A stretch of 64,000 nt of DNA from Saccostrea echinata (taxonomy: Eukaryota): the NCBI RefSeq assembly GCF_033153115.1, contig NW_026889753.1, positions 9,548,001 through 9,612,000 on the forward strand, given 5' to 3'. The first letter of the stretch is position 1. Every line of letters starts with the position of its first letter. Position numbers and translations under genes: made by a program. The notes beneath the pieces were generated by a model that was not told the DNA's origin, did not search any database, and saw nothing but the letters and a program-made list of their open reading frames with translations. Positions 56,453-64,000 of the stretch are shown here, one piece after another.

Positions 56453-59400
56453 ATGTTGAAGATTTTTCAGAAAGCATGCCTGCAGTTAGTTTCTTTGGAC
56501 ACCAAGCTGGTAGTTTATTTTTTTCTTTTCTAGAATTGATATGAAATAGCTTATGGATTGAGAAGTATAAAATCATAACCAAGAAGGGGCTATTTCGTCA
56601 CGACAACAAGTATCCTTTGCTTGACCAAGCGGGGGAGGGGAGAGGGGGTTAATACTGTTTGAGGCTCCTGCATCTTGTTCGCTACGATTGCAAAATTATT
56701 CTTAGGGAAGGTGGGAAAAACAGTACCCAGCTTGGATTATTTTTGTTGTCCGGTTGATACATTCTGAGGTATGGTTATAAAATTCTTGATTGGTGAATTG
56801 CCCTAACTGCAGAACTGTACTGTAGTTACATTTGATATTCAAACATTTTTCTCTTCTCATTTTCATATTTTCAGGGCCTTGGCAAAGTCTTAGTTTTGTT
56901 GTATATTCTTTTCAAAGTTCATTTTTAAAAACAAATTTCTTATTAATATATTGACGGTGCGACTGTTAGAGCGAACACAGATGCCTATTATTGGATACCT
57001 ACTCAGTTTTAAAAAACTTAGATCAGTCTCTTCAAACCGCATGAGACATTTGGAAGGTCACATGACATCATATATTAGTTGCATTACCATTTATAACATA
57101 GTCTCAAAAGTGCAAATTTTAACAAAGAACATTTAATCTACTATATTTCAGAGTTGTGAAAAACTTTTTCAGATAGCCAGTCATTCGGACTGGCAAGAAG
57201 ACAAAATAAGCCGGTCTGAAGTGAATTTTGCCGGTCCAAAATAATAAGTCGCAAAAAAAAGCATAACATCTATTTACTTAATAATAATATAACATTCAGT
57301 CTCCATTTCCAAGTCCTCTTCCATTTTCGTTTTTTTTTTACATTTACAACAATACTTAATTTCACCGCTTTTTGGGCTAATGACAATGCTAATTCAGCAT
57401 AGTAAACATAATTTTTTTGAAACACTTATGCATTTTGCGAATCACATTAACTTAGAAAATGAGTCTAAAAAAACTGTAGAAATTCTGTGCATTGATAATA
57501 GATATCAACACGATCAATGAAAAAACGAAATCCAGGACAGTCGGAAGTACTAGATTTACCGCTTTCCCCAACTGTGTTTGAATTCTTTCTGTCGAAATTT
57601 TTCATATATAGCTTGTCTTTATCTGTTTCATTATGTTTTCTACCTCTGCTTCAGTTGTAAATTTAATAGGTCACGAGAACATACTGGTTTCGCTTTCATT
57701 TACAACCTCGATCTCGTGTAAAGAAAAAGTATTACGCAATCGCACATAAGGTACGATAATAAAGCTGAGAAGTGCGCTGATGATAAATGGTAAAACAAAA
57801 AACTTTAATCAAAAAAGGGGCCGGTCATTTGGACCGACATCGATAGCATTTTTACCGGTCACACGCATTTTTTGTCTGTTTTGCCGGCATGACCGGCAGT
57901 TTTCCACAACTCTGATATTTATCTGCAATATCCATTAAATCAAGGTGAGATTATTTTCTGGTAAACTTTTGTTGTTACCACAAGAATGTAGTTAACAGCA
58001 GGATGCATTTGCATTGCACTGTGGATCTCAAGGGAAATGGGGAAAAAATCAATTGGATCAATATGCAAAGTCTGAATTTTCTCTTCGCCCAGAGGTTGCT
58101 CTTACAGCTCACAGTGATGAGCGGCACCTTGTGCCACTGGATGCACTCGCTATTATTACTTTTTGTGAATGTGTATTTATTAATAAGTTAAAACAAAGAA
58201 TAACAATACTTTATTATGAAAAGTAAATCTACTACTGAATCCTGATTGGGTGACTTCATCATGCATACAGCCTTGTTTTCACATGTGTGAAGACAGTTAA
58301 TAAATATGTCTATATTCACAGCATGAATTAATTTATTGACAATAAAAAGGTCTAAAATCATCAACAACTTTGGTATGACATTAATAGCTGTGCAGCTGTT
58401 TTTGCATCTTGCTGTGTGTACTTGTAACATTTGTACATTCTGTACATTGAAGTGTTAATTTTAGAGGAGTTCTGATTGTCAATGAGTATTTGATGCAGTG
58501 GTGATAAGCAGTGAAACAGATGCAAGTGCCCTGCTGTTATTCACCTATTTCAGCAGTGATAACACCAAATAGATTTATAAAATAGTGACAATATTACAAC
58601 GTGTTCTTATGATTTACAAAAAGAAAGGGGTTAAATTGTTCAGGTGACTTAAACTTTGCTTTTGTGATAATTTACAATGAAGTTTGGAGCTCAGAAGGAA
58701 CTGTTTCGCCTCAGTTGCCTACTAGCTTGGTCCTTGATCACCTTTCTGTGGTTCCAAATGGACCTCTTGGAATGCCACAGTTTTACTCCACTGCATTAAA
58801 AATTTATTTCAAATGTTTCACAACAATTGCCATTTGGAATGTTTAAAGAAAATGAAGTAATGAGAGTAGGAGTAAAATATGATATGCTTGATTAATTAAT
58901 TGTTACCATGCTTTAGATGGGGTGATGCATAAGTAAGAGAGAGGAAAAGAATATGATGGACCAGACAGGATTCGAACCTGGCCCTTGAACACTAGACAGG
59001 TGCTCTACCAACTGTAGCTGCCTGGTCACTGGTGCTCAAACCTGCCTGACCTCCACACCTGTAATGCCAGAAATAATTCCCAAAGCTTAAAAATGTTGTT
59101 GTAATTTGAAAGATTATCCAATGTTTGGATCTTTAGATTTTTGGCTTGTCTGTCAAAATTAGTAAAAGATTGGACAATGTGTTTTATGATCAGTTCAGAA
59201 TATTTTTTATACGGTAATTCTGACTGCCATCAGAAAAACTTTATACAAGTATGTTGGATAGGAGAAGTATTCCAGATACGTAGTATGAAGATTTAACTTT
59301 ATTGCCAGGGGATGCAATGTTTTTCAGTGCCTTCATTCAAATCTAAGGTGTATTTCATTTAGATGAACTGCTTTCCATTGACTTTATTAGTAGGTGGGGA

Positions 59401-62211
59401 TGGGTGTGTGGGTATTTTTGAAAATCCTTCTGGCTTCACTACATGTATATATCATGCAAAGACTTTTGGCATGCTTGGCTTACTTTATAGTAGAAAACAC
59501 TTGAGCTGAGAGAAATATCATCTGAATACATGTATATAAAGCTGAACGAAAGAGATGATTGAAGAAATTTTTAAATTTCCAAATATTTTACATTGATGTT
59601 TAGCTGGCAGTGTCTGGTACTAGATCGATGTCACTGAAGTGGAAGGATACAGAAGACCATGAAGACTCGGAGGAACTCGGTCAGGTCTATGGAGGGTTTG
59701 GTTACAAGAGGAAAAGGAAACCTGAGGTCACGTACCAACAAAGCATCAAGTACCTCGACAGTGCTGGTTTGTAATGTTCTTTTTACATTTAACCATATAC
59801 ATGTAATATTATTGTTGTCTTCTTTTGTTCAAGATCATTTAAAATCTGAATGAAAACATTATAGGGGTAATTGAATAGGACATTTTTTAGAACGTCTTTT
59901 TTTCTGCAGCATTTAGAAAAGCCTACGGGACAAACAGAGTATGGATGAGATACAAAAGGAATTATAAAGGGAACATAATGCCTAAGCCTCGGTACACTTG
60001 TACTGTAAGTTCAGAATTTTACCTAACTCTTTAATATTACCATATCCTTGAGGAGTCTATAGTTCATTATTTAACCATTCAATGTCTTGTATTGTATGGT
60101 TTGATATTACACAAATCTTGTTAATATATTTACCAAAGACTTGTTCATTACCAAAGTTACAAATTACCCAAATTTTGTTCAATAAGATCATAATATTTAA
60201 TACCTAGTCTTGTAAGACAAGTTCTGACTGAAGAGTATTATCTATGCTTGTACAGAAAATTTAAAATATTAAACAAGCTGCAGAACTGTAGCTTTCTGGG
60301 AAAGAAATTTTAGACCCCCCCCCCCAAAAAAAAAAAAAAATAAGAGAGTGACAGATCCATCAATTGTAAAAATCTTTGATTAATGTCAAGTATTGGCAAC
60401 ATCTTTTTATAACAAGCTTCAGGTTTTATTTCTCACTAAATGTTGATTGTTGTGAAAGTAAATGTGAAACACAGAGTAATTCCCCTTTATGGTAATACAT
60501 GGAGTAGAAGCTGTGACATTCTAAGGCCATAGTGGGCTGTTTGGAACTGAAAGGTAAATAAGGCAACAATAGTAGGAGAAAAATATATCACTAATTAACA
60601 GATATCCTGCTGAAGGTGAAGGAATGCTGAAACAGTTGACCTTATCTCGAACACTGATATCTCAAATACCAGGGATTAACCGAAGTGATTTGGAAGTGCC
60701 CCACATATTCTTGAAGTATTTTACCCTCGATATCTTGAATCTTCGAATATCTTGAAGTTTTTTATCATTCCCACTGAGTTTGAGATAATGAGGTTTGACT
60801 GTAAAGTGTAATTTGAAAATACTAACTGAAGAGTACAACAAAAATATATAAAATTTCAGTTTTTTCAAATATTGCATTTGAATATTTGTGCTTAAGAAAT
60901 TTGAAATCTGGAAACTTGAAAATTTTATTTCATGACGTTTCATTACATTGAATAGAGAATTTTGATTTTTGTGCAGCATAAGGGTGTTTTTCTGACAAAC
61001 AACCCATGTCCAGTGTGCCGAGATGTTTATCTGGTGGTTGACCACAGGGTAAGCCATTACAATGTACTATTCTGAAACTTTCCAAGCACAATACACCAAT
61101 TCACATAGCTGACCGATTGAAAATTGTACAAATTCAAATAAGCATATAAGCATATGAATATGAGTGTGTTTTTCTACTCCTTTTCCAGAATCCTAGACTC
61201 TTAAAGGAGTTCTTAGATGCCAACTCAATCCAGGTCTCTGACAACAGGAAGACAGGAGTTTGCTATAAACAGCAGAGAAATCTGATCAGGGAAACTGAGC
61301 TGGCCATTGAGAGAGGTGAGTTTTATCAGATACTTATACAAAGAGACTCATTTGCTCTTTTAGTTAAAAGTTAATTAAGAAATAAGATATCATTTTTAGA
61401 GTTTCATTGGGGTATGACATGATCACGTGATCAAATCCTATAGCTATCACGCTCGAAGGGCGTTATAGTAGATTTGATCACGTACCGACTTCATGTCATA
61501 ACCCAATGAAACTCTAAAAAATGATATTTTATTTCTTATATATCATATTTTACTTTTTTATTCGTGAAATATAGGCATTATTTAGATTTTGCTATGGAAA
61601 TGCAACATAGCGTACCTACGACGTCATTTGATGTCACAATTGGAAGTTTCCAATTATGGCTCGTGTGGTTTGTTTTCCATACGCGAGAAAGTCTTATCAT
61701 GTGACCAACTGCATGTCATTGATAATTGAATTTCAATTTAATTAGTATTGTTATATAAGGAAAGACAATGGCAAATGTAAAATATTTCAAAATGCAATAT
61801 TCTTAACTTAATGAGATTACCAGGAAATAATTTTTCTGGCACTTATATTCGTGTTTATATTTTTTGCTTGGGGAGGGGTGGGGGTGGGGGGGTGCACAAA
61901 GTACATTTCTAGAATTCAGTTATTGTGAGGAATATTGATGAACTACATGTCAGTCCTGAGGAAGAATGAGTAAATTTGAATTTGAATATTTGATAGGGTA
62001 CATGGAGGGTAACCTGCCGTTCCGGGGATATGACATGGACTATTACAGATCTTTGCTAAACAAGCCAGAAGAGACACAAAAGACAGATGTTCCATTTAAA
62101 ATCTTGAATCCAGAGTTACTGCCATATAATATAACAAAGAAAGATGGTAAAGCAAGGAGGGAAGAGAGGCAAAAGAAACTCAAAGAGGACATGGAAAATA
62201 TTAAAATCTGA
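56453..62211 (+). CDS. MRPS18B: Mitochondrial small ribosomal subunit protein mS40 (S18B), 242 aa, 6 coding exons
   Basis: Exons 56453-56509, 59604-59766, 59910-60004, 60977-61048, 61189-61315, 61997-62211 (729 nt, open). KYLDS..F..AYG..RVWMRYKRNYKG, PRYTC, NPCPVCRD..L.VDHRNPRLLKEF and TGVCYKQQR match MRPS18B as I recall it. The first coding exon is less certain. Confidence 0.9.
57149..57914. mobile_element. hAT-like non-autonomous TIR element
   Basis: TIR CAGAGTTGTGAAAAACT / AGTTTTCCACAACTCTG. ATATTT on both sides. Subterminal CCGGTC/GACCGG repeats. Confidence 0.75.
58955..59035 (-). repeat. Degenerate tRNA-derived repeat (SINE head or pseudo-tRNA)
   Basis: Minus strand reads ...CAGCTACAGTTGGTAGAGCACCTG...GGTTCGAATCCTGTCTGGTC with A- and B-box-like motifs, but the anticodon arm is damaged. 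Confidence 0.55.
60633..60801. mobile_element. Tc1/mariner-type MITE
   Basis: CAGTTGACCTTATCTCGAAC ... GTTTGAGATAATGAGGTTTGACTG|TA. Confidence 0.6.
61376..61538. repeat. Palindromic element in an MRPS18B intron
   Basis: AAGAAATAAGATATCATTTTTAGAGTTTCATTGGGGTATGACATGA / TCATGTCATAACCCAATGAAACTCTAAAAAATGATATTTTATTTCTT. Confidence 0.75.
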
Positions 62212-62812
62212 GAAGTTTTTGATGAAATGTTTTTATTGCACACACACACACACACATGTACTTCTGAAATGTTTTTGGAGTGCTTTTTACCATCTAGTGT
62301 ACATTCAGGCAGAAGATGTGTCTTTAATTTATTTGCTGTTTGAAAATATGACTGAAGATTTTTTGTGATTAACTTCCAAAGAAACATGTGAGGGAACATG
62401 TGAGGGAATTACAAACAACAAATTACAAAGACCCTCGATACATTACACACTAAAGAGTTCTAATTTTTTTGCACTGCAGTATTTTTATGCAGTTAGAGTG
62501 ATCTGCCCTTAGGTAGAAAAGAAGCTAAATTGAAATTCCTGTATTATTCAATTTTTAATCAGTTCAAGCATTCTTCAAGTTCTTAGCATTTTTTTGGCAA
62601 AGATAAATTTATTGAATATTATTTGATTTGTGCCTGTTTATTTTTTCCCCACATTATTAAGCATCAATACTTTATTGTCTTTGAATTTTTTTCCTGGAGG
62701 TAAACGGCTGATATTCTATGTTGAAAATGAAATAAATAAATACAACCTTTATGCGATATATGTACCTCTTTATTTGATATAATTTTCTCAATTTCCAAAA
62801 ATGTATAGAGGG

Positions 62813-63515
62813 CACAGGCACTTGTTTCGATAATAAATTTTTAACACATAGCATAATAATAACACAAGGTATCCAACTCCGAATTACATGGAGTACCCCC
62901 CTCCCCCAGAATTGCATTCATTTACACTTTCAGAAGAAATGCACTGGCAAACTGTTTATACCTATTTCTTCTAAGATAATTTATCTACTCAACCATATAT
63001 GGCATGCTTGTCTTTATTTTCTTTTTTCTCCGTAAACAGCGTCAAAACTCTGCTCGCCGAGTGGAAAAGTCGAATTCAACCATGAAATGGTATGTGCTAA
63101 TCCCGGGCAGAGATTTTGATTGGCTAATAATCTGTTCCTAAAATTACATCGGATAAACATCGTAATGTTTGCAGGGAAAATCAGACTTAAACAAATTCTA
63201 TTTATTCACTTCATGCTCTCTGCCCGGTATTAGCACATACCATTTCATGGTTGAAGTCGACTTTTCCACTCAAAGCAGAGTTTTGATGCTGTTTATGGAG
63301 ATAAAAGAAAATACAGAAAAAATGCCATGTATGGTTTTGTAGATAAATTATCGTAGAAGACAATGGTAGTAAACAGTTTACCAGTGCATTTCCTCTAAAA
63401 GTTTAAATGAGTGCAATTCTGGGGAGGGGGGTACACCGTGTAATTCGGAGTTGGATACCTTGTGTTATTATCATACTCTGGGTTAAAAAGTTTATTACAG
63501 AAACAAGTGCCTGTG
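62813..63515. mobile_element. Foldback element with arms of about 300 bp and an 8-bp TSD
   Basis: 62813 to about 63113 is the reverse complement of about 63217-63515 (ends CACAGGCACTTGTTTC / GAAACAAGTGCCTGTG). Flanks ATAGAGGG (62805-62812) and ATGGAGGG (63516-63523). Confidence 0.85.
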
Positions 63516-64000
63516 ATGGAGGGTCGTAATTTTTTTTTGGGTCAAGGTATGGGTAGTAGCATTACCATACATGTAGAGTTTAAGTCATTAAAACAACTTA
63601 CAACAATATCCAGGAAACAATGTTTTTGCTAGCTCTCGAGCGCTAGCAACTACGTTAGTCTATATTTCTGAAATATGCATGCTCGACTTCACGGTCAGGG
63701 ATTCTGGGAAAACTACTGTAGATAGACTGTACGATTACAATTTCGTTTTGTCATACAAAAATAGAAATGATACGAATTTCAGGCCTTTCCTGTCTGATAT
63801 GCGCGATATACATTTCGTAGGTTAGAGACAGTCAATACCAGTCTAGATCCGGATACTGAATTTTTTAAAATTTATTGTCTAACCTACAAATAAAAGTACA
63901 AGAAAAAATTTGGCCATATAATGCAAAGATTCTAGACATCTAGCTTTCCTTACAGTTTTACCATCTTAGTGGATAATTCCGGCAAGCTCGGAAAAAACAA

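Noticed and set aside
58955-59035. Functional tRNA gene
   Set aside because: A- and B-box-like motifs are present but the anticodon stem is disrupted; consistent with a tRNA-derived repeat.

Overview
AT-rich, intron-rich eukaryotic (animal) genomic DNA. The repeat content and gene style suggest a bivalve mollusc, probably an oyster; this is inference. By hand-splicing at GT-AG boundaries with consistent reading frames I reconstruct six protein-coding genes: (1) a 5-exon minus-strand gene for a 164-aa secreted protein made of a signal peptide plus one transcobalamin/intrinsic-factor beta domain (DUF4430-like), barely visible in the ORF track; (2) SURF2 (minus, 6 coding exons); (3) AXDND1 (plus, 25 core coding exons), head-to-head with SURF2; (4) a class A GPCR with a single coding exon; (5) PPP1R10/PNUTS (minus, 19 coding exons); (6) MRPS18B (plus, 6 coding exons), head-to-head with PPP1R10. 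Introns and intergenic DNA hold Penelope-like retroelement remnants, a tRNA-derived SINE, Helentron/HINE-like elements (one with a 146-bp satellite array), many TIR MITEs and two long foldback elements. There is an assembly gap at 7225-7367. Most notable: the beta-domain-only putative cobalamin binder; a set of frame-preserving phase-2 microexon/cassette candidates with TGCATG motifs in AXDND1; a minisatellite built from an exon's own 5' splice site; and clustering of genes whose human orthologs lie in MHC paralogons, including the head-to-head PPP1R10-MRPS18B pair. Family assignments come from recalled motifs; no database searches were run.
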